Shown: positions 49,684 through 59,232 of the stretch, in pieces
Numbering within the stretch: position 1 is the first letter of the stretch
How the letters are laid out: each line of letters begins with the position of its first letter
DNA from: an uncultured Acidobacteriaceae bacterium
Lineage (GTDB): Bacteria; Acidobacteriota; Terriglobia; Terriglobales; Acidobacteriaceae
Assembly: GCA_963840675.1 (NCBI GenBank)
Contig: CAWJAB010000054.1
Span: forward strand, 85,196-149,195
Length of the DNA: 64,000 nucleotides
Direction of reading: 5' to 3'
Made by a program: the position numbers and the translations under genes
The notes under the pieces: model-generated
Database searches by the model: none
What the model was told of the DNA's origin: nothing
What the model saw: the letters and a program-made list of their open reading frames with translations, nothing else

Positions 49684-51469
49684 TTAGTTCGGGCTCCCTG
49701 CACTCGGCTGTGCTTCGGGTGCGGCGTCGTCATCACCCTCGGAATGTTCCTGCTTGGGCACAGCGTAGGGCTGCTTCAGGCCCTTTTCCGCCGCCAGCCT
49801 GGTGTCGGACTGGCCATCACGCACGGTCAGCGCAGCCCGGTACTCGTTGACCGCCTGGTCACGCTGATCCTGGATGTCGTAGATGCGTCCCAGGTAGATG
49901 TGCGACCAGGCCAACATACGGGGATCCTTCGAGAGCCGGATCGTCTCTTCAAAATCGTGCTGAGCTACCGGGACATCGCGATGCATAATGGCCACCCTCG
50001 CCAGAATGAAGTTCGCTCTTGCCGGATCCCCGGACTTGTCCGCGACCGACTGTTGCGCCAGCGCGCCGGCGCCATCGGTGTCGCCTTTCATTAATTTCAT
50101 CTCTGCCAGATCCAGACCTCTCAGCTCCTTGGGCGTCCGATGCACGATGTCGGAGGAGCTTTGCTGGGCAAAGGTGATCCCCTTCACATGATTCAGTTGC
50201 GAGCTCACGTCCATTCCATAGACCATCTCGCCGATACTTTCTTTGAAGCTCTGGGGCTGCCTGCTCGAATGCAGCGAAGGCGTAATAGAAGTACTCCGTG
50301 AGCACATAGCCTTCCACCATGGACTGCTGGACGGCGCGACGGCGAGCCATTTCGGCAGCCTCGACCGAGGCATTGTGCTGACGGGTGGCCTCTTCCAGAT
50401 CGCTGCGCCGGATATCGGCGGGAATTTTATAGATCGCGACGCCGGTATCCATGGTGCGGGCCTCAATTGCCCGAATCATGCACTCCACCACCAGGGCCAC
50501 AATGTCGCTGCGATAGGTGTAGTCGAGGGGCGCATCGCGCACGGTTTTGAGAAATGGCAAGAACCTGTCCAGCTCCCCGGCGCGAGCATAGAGCAGCGGC
50601 TCGATCTGGTAATGAAGGTACGCGTGCCGCACCTCCCGCATATGGATGACTCCATTGACGGGCGACGCGACCACCACGTAATCGGATCCATAAACACGGG
50701 CATTGGTCTGCGCCGGGTCCAGCAGGGGCTCGACCACCACCAGAAAGCGCCGGCCGACCGAGGTGCCGGCAGCCGTCTTGAGATAGATGCCGGTATCGCT
50801 GATCATCTTGGTCAGGGAATCGTGCAGCTGGGCTAGCTGCTTGTCGTATTCCGGCCGAACGTGGACCCAGATCACATGCAGGTCGACAAGCCGGCTAAAA
50901 CGGCGCAGCTCAGGCAACATATGTTCCACGCCGCTGGCGTCGGGAGGCAAATCGGCGCCTTCGGCGCTCGGTTCAAGATCAGGAGGGGGCGAGATGAAGA
51001 GGGCAAGGGAGATGTACTGCGCCAGGTCGGCCCCGCTATCGGAAAGCCGATGTTGCTCGATGAAGGTGCACAACTGATCGCGCGCGTCCCGGGCGTCCGA
51101 GGAGCCCTGCAGCGCCTGGTTGACCTGCTCGCGGACCTGCTGGCGCACCGGGTCAGAGGCGGCAAGCCCCTGATCATAACCGCACGCATTCAGCGCAACG
51201 GCAATGTCAAACAACGCCTCGCTATTCTGCAGGGTGATATCAGGGCCAGGGCTGTTCAGCAAAGCCGGCGCGTTAACCGGGGTTGCTCCGCCGGCGGCGG
51301 CTTGCGGATCGGAGGGGGCTTGCGCGCGGACGTAAGGCCCACCCAACGAAATCAAAAGAGCAAACGGGACAAGCGTCAGGAGCGCGGAGAGAAGCCGGTG
51401 CGATTTAGCGGACTGCTGGCCGTGAAACTGCATAGAGCGGGGGGTAAACCCCTCCACAAGTCTATGCAC
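49684..51469 (-). pseudogene. Secreted protein of unknown function with C-terminal TPR repeats; one frame change
   Basis: ORF 49949..51469 reads plausibly to ..EYFYYAFAAFEQ. ORF 49684..50466 continues PQSFKESIGEMVYGMDV.. and ends in TPR-like helices (ARANFILARVAIMHRD..AWSHIYLGRIYDIQDQRDQAVNEYRAAL). The join is near 50252-50268. Confidence 0.55.
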
Positions 51470-51565
51470 TCGTACAAGGCAGGGTCAAACCAGGCTGCGA
51501 AATGGGTTTGCCAGGACTGATCAGGACCAATCGTCGTGGGCAACGTGCGAAAACGCCGGTTGCCT

Positions 51566-52240
51566 CTAACCGGGAACCGACACGCCGGAGAAGGAAAGCA
51601 ATACCGTGCCAGGCACCGGCTTTCCAAAGACCTGCGCCGGGGCGAAAACGCTGAAGAGCAGGGTGTCTTCCACCTGGGCACGCGTCTTCTGGTCCGCGTT
51701 GCCGGAGACGATGGTGTAGTCGTATACCCGGCCCTCTCCGTTTACGAAAGCCTGCACGATGACCGGGGTCTCACCATCTCCAACCGCTCCCGCGGGTTCC
51801 AGCGAGGTGTACAGAAAACGCGGGCTGGTGGCCTTGCCAAGGGGTTCGTCATTGGCCAGCGCGGGTTCCGGATAAACGAACATGCTCATCAGGAACGCCG
51901 CCACACCGGTCAGGGCGACGGTACTGGCGAAACCGGCTGTAATTTGCCATACCAGGGGGCGAAAGTTTTGCCAGCGAACCCACCCGCGGGCGAATTTCTC
52001 CTCGACGGTGTTGGCCGATTGCTGCGACAACGCGACACGAAGGCGAAGGCCGAGGTTGGCCGGCGCCTTCGCCGGCCCGATGGAACTGATCAGCGATTGC
52101 GCCACCCGCCATTGGGCAAACTCAGCCGCACAGCCGGTACAAACTTCAAGGTGCGCGGCGATCTCATGCATGGCTGTGCCGGTCAGGGCGCCATCAAGGT
52201 ATTCAGAGAATTGATCGCGAAAATGTACGCACTCTTTCAC
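51566..52240 (-). CDS. Anti-sigma factor, zf-HC2 type, single-pass membrane protein
   Basis: N-terminal CVHFRDQFSEYLDGAL..HLEVCTGCAAEF (H-x3-C-x2-C), one TM segment, and a 4-nt overlap with the sigma gene. Confidence 0.7.
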   Translation of the reverse strand: MKECVHFRDQFSEYLDGALTGTAMHEIAAHLEVCTGCAAEFAQWRVAQSLISSIGPAKAPANLGLRLRVALSQQSANTVEEKFARGWVRWQNFRPLVWQITAGFASTVALTGVAAFLMSMFVYPEPALANDEPLGKATSPRFLYTSLEPAGAVGDGETPVIVQAFVNGEGRVYDYTIVSGNADQKTRAQVEDTLLFSVFAPAQVFGKPVPGTVLLSFSGVSVPG

Positions 52241-52953
52241 TTGGCCCCCTCGGCGCTGAGCGTTTCCATCGCCAAAATGGCGGAGGACGGGCGCTTCGCA
52301 GCCGCCTCGGCAAATCCCGCCAGCCGAGCCTTGAGATGAGCACGCCCACGCATTAGACGCGACTTGACGGTGCCCAGATTCACACCTAGGATTTCCGCCA
52401 CCTCTTCGTAGGAAAAGCCCTCAATATCGCGCAGCACCACGACCGCATGGAACGGCTCGGGAATCTGACGCAACTCCTCTTCAACCCGGGCCCGTACCTC
52501 TTCGTGGGCGGCCAGGTCGAAGGGCGACTCATGCCCATCGACCAGGGTGTCTTTGAGGCAGAGCGTCTGCCCGTCGTTGCCCTCGCCGAACTCGGTCTCG
52601 ATGGTTACTTCCTGCCGCTTGTGGCGCCTCCACCAACGACGCTGGTTGCTGGCCTCGCGCAGCGCGATGCGGTAGATCCAGGTGCGCAGGCTGGCATCTC
52701 CGTTGAAGCTGCCGATGCCGCGGTAAATCTTGATAAATACGTCCTGGGTCAGGTCGGCGGCGTCCGCGGGGTCGGGGATAGTGCGGGCGATCACGCTGTA
52801 GATGGGCTGGTGATACTTGGCGATCAACCAGGCGAACGCCTCCTCCGAACCGGCTTTCAGTTCAGCGACAATTCCGGCTTCTTCTGAAGGAACGTTAAGG
52901 ACGCTCGCAATATTTCCCAAGGCAATGCCCGCCTGCACGCGAAAGTTGTCCAT
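52237..52953 (-). CDS. ECF RNA polymerase sigma factor
   Basis: ATG 52953. AFAWLIAKYHQPIYSVIARTI..DLTQDVFIKIYRGIGSF..LRTWIYRIALREASNQRR (region 2); VVVLRDIEGFSYEEVAEILGVNLGTVKSRLMRGR (region 4). Confidence 0.85.
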   Translation of the reverse strand: MDNFRVQAGIALGNIASVLNVPSEEAGIVAELKAGSEEAFAWLIAKYHQPIYSVIARTIPDPADAADLTQDVFIKIYRGIGSFNGDASLRTWIYRIALREASNQRRWWRRHKRQEVTIETEFGEGNDGQTLCLKDTLVDGHESPFDLAAHEEVRARVEEELRQIPEPFHAVVVLRDIEGFSYEEVAEILGVNLGTVKSRLMRGRAHLKARLAGFAEAAAKRPSSAILAMETLSAEGAK

Positions 52954-53070
52954 AACATAACAGGAAGCGGTCACTTGCGTCTCCCAATTGCACGCGCAAC
53001 CGGCGAGGAACCGGAAGCTTTCTCTTTACTTTAGACACCGCCGGAAGGACAAGCGGCTCCGGAAAAGAGG

Positions 53071-53758
53071 TTACTGTGGTGCCTGGGTTGGCTTCTTTTT
53101 GCGCGGTTTGGTGGTGTCGGGGCCGTCGTTGACCACAATTTTGGCGGGCGCCGCGGGTGCCGCCGCGACGTGAGGAGCCGGCGCCTGCAGGTGGGCAATC
53201 TGGGCATCCTGGGCGCTTATGGACTGGAGCAGCCAGGCGCCAAGTTTGGCCCTGCCCGTCCTCCAGCCCGGCGCGGGCCTCTTCCAGGGAGCTAGCGTCG
53301 GACTCGGAACCGGCGAGCGCCGCCGTCTCCGTGACCCGAAGCAGCACGTCATAAAGGGCATCGATATTGCGGAAAACGGCAAACGATGGAGAGAGTGCTG
53401 CGCTTGCCCCTTCTGCCTGCGTCATGAGCTCCGGCAGGGTGGCGCTAAGGTCCCGCTGCATCGAGGCAACGTCCTGCTGGGTGGCGGCGCGCGTCGCACT
53501 GGGGGCCTTCCAGTGGGAGATGCTTAGACCCGAGATCGCGTTCTGGACATTGGCCAGTGCGGGGCGCAAGTTCGCAAACGCAAACCCAGCCGGCGCCGGC
53601 GCTGCAGCAGGGGCAGGCCCGGGAGCTGCGGCGGGGGGCGGGTTCCCTTGCGCCGCGGCGGGCCAGACCGCGGCGAGCAACGCCAGGGTGAAAAACGCAA
53701 GTTTGGCGGAGTGGGGGGGCATTGTTTCTCCCGGGGATATCGGTGGAGGAGTCGCCAT
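53071..53758 (-). pseudogene. Secreted Ala/Pro-rich protein of unknown function; one frame change
   Basis: ORF 52895..53758 is plausible up to ..LEEARAGLEDG. ORF 53071..53382 continues RAKLGAWLLQSISAQDAQIAHLQAP.. to a Lys-rich tail. The join is at the C3 run 53255-53257. The signal peptide is KLAFFTLALLAAVWPAAAQ. Confidence 0.5.
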
Positions 53759-53820
53759 GGTGTGCAGCGTTTGACGGATTAGGCATGCTCCAGCAGAATA
53801 AAGGATGTTCTTCCCTTTGT

Positions 53821-53896
53821 GGGCCTGTGGCGCAGCTGGGAGCGCGCTTCCATGGCATGGAAGAGGTCATCGGTTCGATCCCGATCAGGTCCACCA
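53821..53896 (+). tRNA. tRNA-Ala (anticodon GGC)
   Basis: A perfect 76-nt cloverleaf folded by hand. The acceptor stem GGGCCTG/CAGGTCC has the G3:U70 alanine identity pair. D-stem GCGC/GCGC; anticodon stem CTTCC/GGAAG with loop ATGGCAT; T-arm ATCGG-TTCGATC-CCGAT; encoded CCA. Confidence 0.93.
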
Positions 53897-54165
53897 ATCC
53901 ATTCAACAACTTAGACCTCAGCAAACCTTAATGGCTGGAGCGTTTGTGCCACTGTGTTGGGGGCGGGAGCTGAGCTAGTTCTCCGCACTGCATAGGGTGC
54001 AGTTTTGCCGATGGGCCAGCATAAGATAAGCAATTCGAGCTTGAACGGCACGGTGCCCGGTCGGCACAGCACGTCTTTCGGTTGTTGGTGTGACCATTTT
54101 GGCCCGCCGCTCGGCATATTTGTCGCGGCGTATCTGGAGTTCCTTCATTTCCGTACAACACATTT

Positions 54166-56298
54166 TTATGGACTCCGTTGAAAGCAGTTATCTTCTTGAA
54201 TCCAGTTCAGATCGCACACCATGATTGCGGCGGTCGAATGCTCCCGCTTACAGCGCGCAAGCTCCTGGTCCAAATGCATCGACAGGGCCCGCGCATTCGG
54301 CATCCCGGTCAGGAAATCGCTGATGGCCGATTTCTCCGCCTGGCGATACTTCAAGGCATTCTCAATGAAAAGCGCAAGCTTGGAAGTAATCACCTGCAGC
54401 ACGCGCAGGTGGTCGCTGGTGAAGGCATTGGCCTCGGCCTGGTAAAGCGCCAGGACACCTACCGGCCCGTTGATACCTTCCAGTGGCACAGCCAAAGCAG
54501 AGCGGAGTTCGGAGGCCTTTCTCGCGTCCTGCGCGAAGCCGGTTTCGACCGACGGGTTGCCATTCACGATGGGCCTCGCGTTCTGCGCGACCCAGCCGCA
54601 GAGGCCGGTCCCTACCGTGATCTCCAGCGATGAAAGCAGCCTGAAGTTTTCTCCACTTACGAACTCGGGCACCAGCAGATCGCCCTTGCGGATGAAGGCG
54701 ACAATGGAGTCGTAAGGCACCAGCTTGCGCAGCCTCATAGCAAAAAGGGAAAGGGTCTCGTCCAGACTGAGCGAGTTTCCCAAATCCTGGCTTAGTTCGA
54801 AAAGAGTGTGTGCCTCTTGCCGGGCGGATGCGATGGAAGAGAGGAAATCTGTCTGGCTGCCGGGGCGACGGTTGAGGTTAAGTTCAAACCCGGCATCCGG
54901 TTGTTCGCCCCGTTCCACGCTGTAGTTGAAACTGTGTGCATCGGTTTGCGACTCTTGCAGGCTGCGCACCGCCAGGCTCTCCAGTTCAAGGTAACGACGC
55001 TGAAGAATCTCGACCACCTTTGGGTCAAAGGACGTGCCCGCCCCGGCTGCGACCTTCTTCATCGCCTCATCCAGGGGCAGGGCTTTACGATATTGGCGAT
55101 CCGAGGACAGTGCATCCAGACAATCCACCGCCGCCAGGATACGCGCGCCAATGGGGATTTCTTCTCCTTTGAGCCCGTAGGGATAGCCCTGGCCGTTCCA
55201 TTTCTCGTGATGCGCCCTGACAATCGAGGCCACAGGATAGTTGAAGGCGATTTTGTCCAGGATATCCGCGCCGACGGTGGGATGAATCTTCATCTTCTCG
55301 AACTCTTCGGGACTCAGACGGCCGGGCTTGTTAATGATGTGATCGGGCACCGCCAGCTTGCCGATGTCGTGCAGCAGCGTCGCGGCGCGAATCGCTTCCA
55401 TCTCCTGCTCGCTCAGTCCGAGTTCCAGGGCGATCGCTACCGCGTAGGTGCGCACGCGATGCAGATGCTGATGGGTGGTGTGATCCTTGGCGTCAATGGC
55501 GAGGGCCAGGCCCTCAATGGTGCGCTGCAGGACGCCGGAGACCTCCTGCACATGGCGTCTCTCGGCGTGTGCTTGCTGCTCTTCGATCTCTGCGCGCCTC
55601 TTTTCATCCTCCAGGCGGCCCAGGTACATCTGATAAGTCCGGTAGATCCAGTACATGACGGGCAAGATGAAAAGCGCGTTCTGCCAACCGACATAGCGCG
55701 TGGAGAAGTTAACGAAACCCACCATGGCAGCGCCGACCAGGTAATACGGAAACGACCAGAAGAAGGTTTCTGCCCAGATCTTGCGCGCTGAGAGGTTTTC
55801 ACTGAGCGCGATGACGATGGCAACCGTGACGGTGTTGCTGAGGAAATAGGTACAGGCAGCGACCAGCAGCAAGAGAGTGGTACTGTCTTTGATAACCTGG
55901 GCGGATAGGTGATAGGCGAAGTAAGTCAGGCTGACAGCAAAGGGGGTCATGCCCAGGACGTTGAAGATCACCTTCACCGCTTGCGGCCGATGCTTTGTTT
56001 TCCATAAGCTCTGCACCAATGCGGCCGCGCTCCCAATGACCAGGGTCTCGCCCAGTGACAGTTGCAAAACGCCTAAGAGGATTACCAGGAAGTGCACCGA
56101 CATGGTGCTCTCCATGCCCGGCAACCTCACCTTCATGGTCGAGGCGAGCATGGCAATCAGAACGAAGCATCCGAACTGCAGCAGGCTGTTGTCGTGCCAG
56201 TGCAGGAAGGCTGTCCCAAATAGCGCGGCTCCGGCCGCTGTAATTATGGCTATAAATATCTTTGCTCGTATCGGCATGGAAAGCTTTCTCCTGGTCAC
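54166..56298 (-). CDS. Multi-pass membrane HD-GYP phosphodiesterase with GAF domain and a 3'-truncated GGDEF domain
   Basis: Seven or so N-terminal TM segments. HD-GYP domain (HQHLHRV..LLHDIGKLAVPD..HHEKWNGQGYPYGL). GAF domain (..GLCGWVAQNARPIV..). Then only the first ~40 residues of a GGDEF domain (DFLTGMPNARAL..AAIMVCDLN) before the stop. Confidence 0.8.
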   Translation of the reverse strand: MTRRKLSMPIRAKIFIAIITAAGAALFGTAFLHWHDNSLLQFGCFVLIAMLASTMKVRLPGMESTMSVHFLVILLGVLQLSLGETLVIGSAAALVQSLWKTKHRPQAVKVIFNVLGMTPFAVSLTYFAYHLSAQVIKDSTTLLLLVAACTYFLSNTVTVAIVIALSENLSARKIWAETFFWSFPYYLVGAAMVGFVNFSTRYVGWQNALFILPVMYWIYRTYQMYLGRLEDEKRRAEIEEQQAHAERRHVQEVSGVLQRTIEGLALAIDAKDHTTHQHLHRVRTYAVAIALELGLSEQEMEAIRAATLLHDIGKLAVPDHIINKPGRLSPEEFEKMKIHPTVGADILDKIAFNYPVASIVRAHHEKWNGQGYPYGLKGEEIPIGARILAAVDCLDALSSDRQYRKALPLDEAMKKVAAGAGTSFDPKVVEILQRRYLELESLAVRSLQESQTDAHSFNYSVERGEQPDAGFELNLNRRPGSQTDFLSSIASARQEAHTLFELSQDLGNSLSLDETLSLFAMRLRKLVPYDSIVAFIRKGDLLVPEFVSGENFRLLSSLEITVGTGLCGWVAQNARPIVNGNPSVETGFAQDARKASELRSALAVPLEGINGPVGVLALYQAEANAFTSDHLRVLQVITSKLALFIENALKYRQAEKSAISDFLTGMPNARALSMHLDQELARCKREHSTAAIMVCDLNWIQEDNCFQRSP

Positions 56299-56326
56299 CC
56301 GTGTTGCAAGCAGCTATACGTTAGGT

Positions 56327-58185
56327 TCAATTTTGACCGTAGGCGCCGGCCGTGGTCGGGTCCCCGGTAGCTTCCGTGGCGCTGCCCCAAAGCACGCTCG
56401 AATCCCAAAGCTCGTTCGAGCCCCAAAGCACGCTCGAACCCCAAAGCACGCTCGAGCCCCAGAGTACGCTTGAGCCCTGTATCGAGCCCACGATCGAGTT
56501 GCGGCCCCAGCCAGCGTCAAGGCCCCAAAGCAAGGATTGGCCGTTGACAGTCGCGCCACCGAGCACCGCATTCCCCCACACTGCGGAGTTGCTCCAGGTT
56601 GGAGAGCTGCCCCAGATCGCGGAGGAGCCGTCCACCAGCAGAAGGTCTCCGCGCCGATCTATCGTCACCGTGGGTGACAAGGCGCTGCCTGCTTGCCCGG
56701 GAGCCAGGTCGGTGTTACCCAAGGCGGCCTGGATGTCGAGCAAACCGGCGCCCACGGTTAAGATGTCCGCCTCTTCGTTGTAGACGGCGTGGGGGCCGGA
56801 TCGGTGACGGTACTGTAAGGGATGAGATCCTTATAAGCCGTCTTCATGAGCCGCGCTTTGATTTGATCGGGCGCCAGATTGGGGTTTTGTTCGAGCAGGA
56901 TCGCCGCGGCCCCACTTACCACGGCTGTGCTCATGCTCGTGCCGCTCAGGATGAAGTAGGTGCCGGAAGGGTTGCTATTGCCATTCACCTCGTAGAGATA
57001 GTCGGGAATCTCATTCCCGCTGTAAAGCTGATTCAAAGTCTCCGCTGGACTGTACAGGGAAATGATGCGGTTGCCGGGAGCCACGACGTCGGGTTTCACC
57101 ACCCAGTCGAAGATTGCCGGACCTTTGGAGCTGTAACTCGCGATCACATCATGAGCGCGATTGGGCGATCCCATGGTATTCATCGCGCCCACGGTGATCA
57201 CATAAGGGTCGTTGCCGGGAGCGGAGATGGTGTCATAGCCAGAGGTGAGGGCATAGTGGTCGCGGCCGCCGTTGCCCGCTGCCACCACCACGACTATGCC
57301 GGCCTTCCAGGCCTGTTCCACTGCCTGGCAGAGTGGATCACGCTGGTAGCTTTCAAACACCTGCCTGCCCAGGGAAATATTGATGACGCGGATGTTGAAC
57401 TGGTCCTTCAACTGGATGGCAGTGTCAATGGCAGCGATGACCCGGCTATCGGTACCTTCGCCATTCTGGTCGAGCACGCGGAGGTTGATAAGGCTCACGT
57501 TGTCGGCAACACCGAGGAAAGTATAGGAGTAGTTGCTGCCGGTGGACATGGCGCCGGTTCCAGCGATGATGCCGGCGACATGAGTGCCGTGGCCGTACTG
57601 GTCGGTGGCGCTACCCGAAGGGTCGCCGGTGAAGTCCTGGCTATAGGCGACCAGGCTTCCGGCATTGTTGTCCAGGTCGGGGAGATCGGTGATTCCGCTG
57701 TCGATCACCGCCACCCCGATGCCGGCGCCATTCAGGCCCTGGGTCCAGGCCGCGGGTGCATTGACCGTTTCGTTGCGGTAGTCGAGGACGGGGGTAAACG
57801 AATCGTCATTGGCGCCGTGCAGCGGGCGATCGGGGGAGATGTAAACCACATCGGGATCAGCGGCGAGATCGGCCAACGCCGAAGCAGGCAATGAGTAAGC
57901 GCCGCCCTTGACCAGGCCGAGCTCCCGGCGCAGCTTTCCCCCACGGCTCAGGACCTTCTGGTGGTACCGCGCGGTCGGCGCCTGGTTGAACTGCACGATC
58001 ACGTCTACCTGGTCAGCACCGTTCTTCCCGCCCAGGTCTTTGGATATTTTGGCTGAGTCGGCGAAGGCCGTGCCGGCGCTCAGGATCGCCGCGCACACTG
58101 CGAGGAGTGCTCGTTTTTTCCACTTAGCTTTGCGAGGAATGGCTCTTCCCCACATAGCGCTCTTGTAACGTGCAGGTTTGGTCAC
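56327..58185 (-). pseudogene. Secreted subtilisin-like serine protease (S8) with C-terminal xxxxWG hexapeptide-repeat domain; one frame change
   Basis: Catalytic triad motifs VAVIDSGI, HGTHVAGIIAG and GTSMSTAVVSGAAAIL are in ORF 56758..58185. The continuation HAVYNEEADILTVGAGLLDIQAAL is in the frame of ORF 56327..56755. The join is at the G5 run 56791-56795. Confidence 0.85.
56385..56474. repeat. Five tandem 18-nt repeats (CCCCAAAGCACGCTCGAA) encoding (SSVLWG)n on the minus strand
   Basis: Units: CCCCAAAGCACGCTCGAA / TCCCAAAGCTCGTTCGAG / CCCCAAAGCACGCTCGAA / CCCCAAAGCACGCTCGAG / CCCCAGAGTACGCTTGAG. They are in frame within the protease C-terminal domain. Confidence 0.9.
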
Positions 58186-58272
58186 ACTTTCCCCCGATTG
58201 ATCTATTACCTTGCAATCCTGAAGAACAATGCTCAGATCGCAAGTTAAGTTAAGGGGGAGAGCTGTTGTGTG

Positions 58273-59232
58273 TCAGAACGACACAGATGCATTCTCAGGG
58301 TAATGGGGCGTTCCCTCCATTACACGAAGGTGGGAGGTTCGCAGGCTTTCCCATCCGCTGGCGGGAAAGGAAGCCGCGAGTGGCGGCTGGGCGGGGGATG
58401 GTTGCCGCACTGGTTCCTGGGTTTGATTCGCTGCATGGCAATGAGACAACATAACGCCAACCGGGACAGGAAGAGCATGGAGGAGGGAAAGAGTCGCGGG
58501 ATGTTGCGCCTGCTCAACCTGGGCAACCGGCACGCACTCGGCGATGGCGCCCGAGTGCAGCACGGCGAGCCGGTCGCACAACTGCAAGACAGACACCAGG
58601 TCGTGGGAGATGTAGAGCAGAGCGGTCCCGTTGCGACGGTTCAACTGCCGCAACAGCCGGATGATCTCGGCCTGGGTTACGGGGTCCAGGGCGCTGGTCG
58701 GCTCATCCGCGATAAGGATCGAGGGACGATGCAGGAGTGCCAGCGCGATCAGGACCCTCTGCGCCTGGCCAACGCTGATTTGCCCGGGCTTGCTGCGCAG
58801 GAAGTCATTATCACCGGCCGGCAGTTGCACCTCATGCATCAGCTCCCGCAGGCGTGACTCCAGCGCCGTCCGTCCGCTGGTCTCGTGGGCACGCCATGCC
58901 TCCTCAAAATGCGCGCGCAAAGAAACCGCTGCGTTGAGTGCGGTCATGGGACTCTGGGGAACCATGGCAATTTTTTTACCGCGAATGCGCCGCGCTTCAC
59001 GGGCCGGCATGGTCAGCAGATTGCATCCATCGATGAGAACTTCTCCGGAGGCCTTACCGCCGCGCCACGGAAGCAGGCCCAGCAGCGCCATCACCAGCGT
59101 CGTCTTGCCCGCGCCGCTCGTCCCGACCATCCCCAATGCCTCCCCGGCGCACAGGTCGAACTGCACATCCTGCAGCACACAGCGCTTTCCATAATCCGCC
59201 CGTAAGCGAACCTGCATCACCGGTGCGCTCAT
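58273..59232 (-). CDS. ABC transporter ATP-binding protein (Dpp/Opp-type)
   Basis: Walker A GTSGAGKTT, signature-like QISVGQAQR, Walker B ILIADEPTSALD, H-loop YISHDL. Confidence 0.85.
   Translation of the reverse strand: MSAPVMQVRLRADYGKRCVLQDVQFDLCAGEALGMVGTSGAGKTTLVMALLGLLPWRGGKASGEVLIDGCNLLTMPAREARRIRGKKIAMVPQSPMTALNAAVSLRAHFEEAWRAHETSGRTALESRLRELMHEVQLPAGDNDFLRSKPGQISVGQAQRVLIALALLHRPSILIADEPTSALDPVTQAEIIRLLRQLNRRNGTALLYISHDLVSVLQLCDRLAVLHSGAIAECVPVAQVEQAQHPATLSLLHALPVPVGVMLSHCHAANQTQEPVRQPSPAQPPLAASFPASGWESLRTSHLRVMEGTPHYPENASVSF

Noticed and set aside
53897-54165. Integrase or transposase remnant next to tRNA-Ala
   Set aside because: All six frames were translated by eye. There is no tyrosine-recombinase (R..HxxR..Y) or DDE pattern, and no copy of the tRNA 3' half was seen elsewhere in the window. 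It is kept only as a compositional and truncation anomaly in the findings.
56385-56474. Regular short repeats that could be mistaken for a mini CRISPR array
   Set aside because: The period is 18 nt with no spacers. The repeats are contiguous, in frame and encode SSVLWG units of a protease domain. No cas genes are in the window.
56599-57894. 431-aa ORF on the plus strand
   Set aside because: It is antisense to the S8 protease, whose catalytic triad motifs are clear on the minus strand. The same applies to 54808..55791 (antisense to the HD-GYP gene), 38823..40142 (antisense to the LytTR and zinc-ribbon genes), 42423..43598 and 41610..42368.
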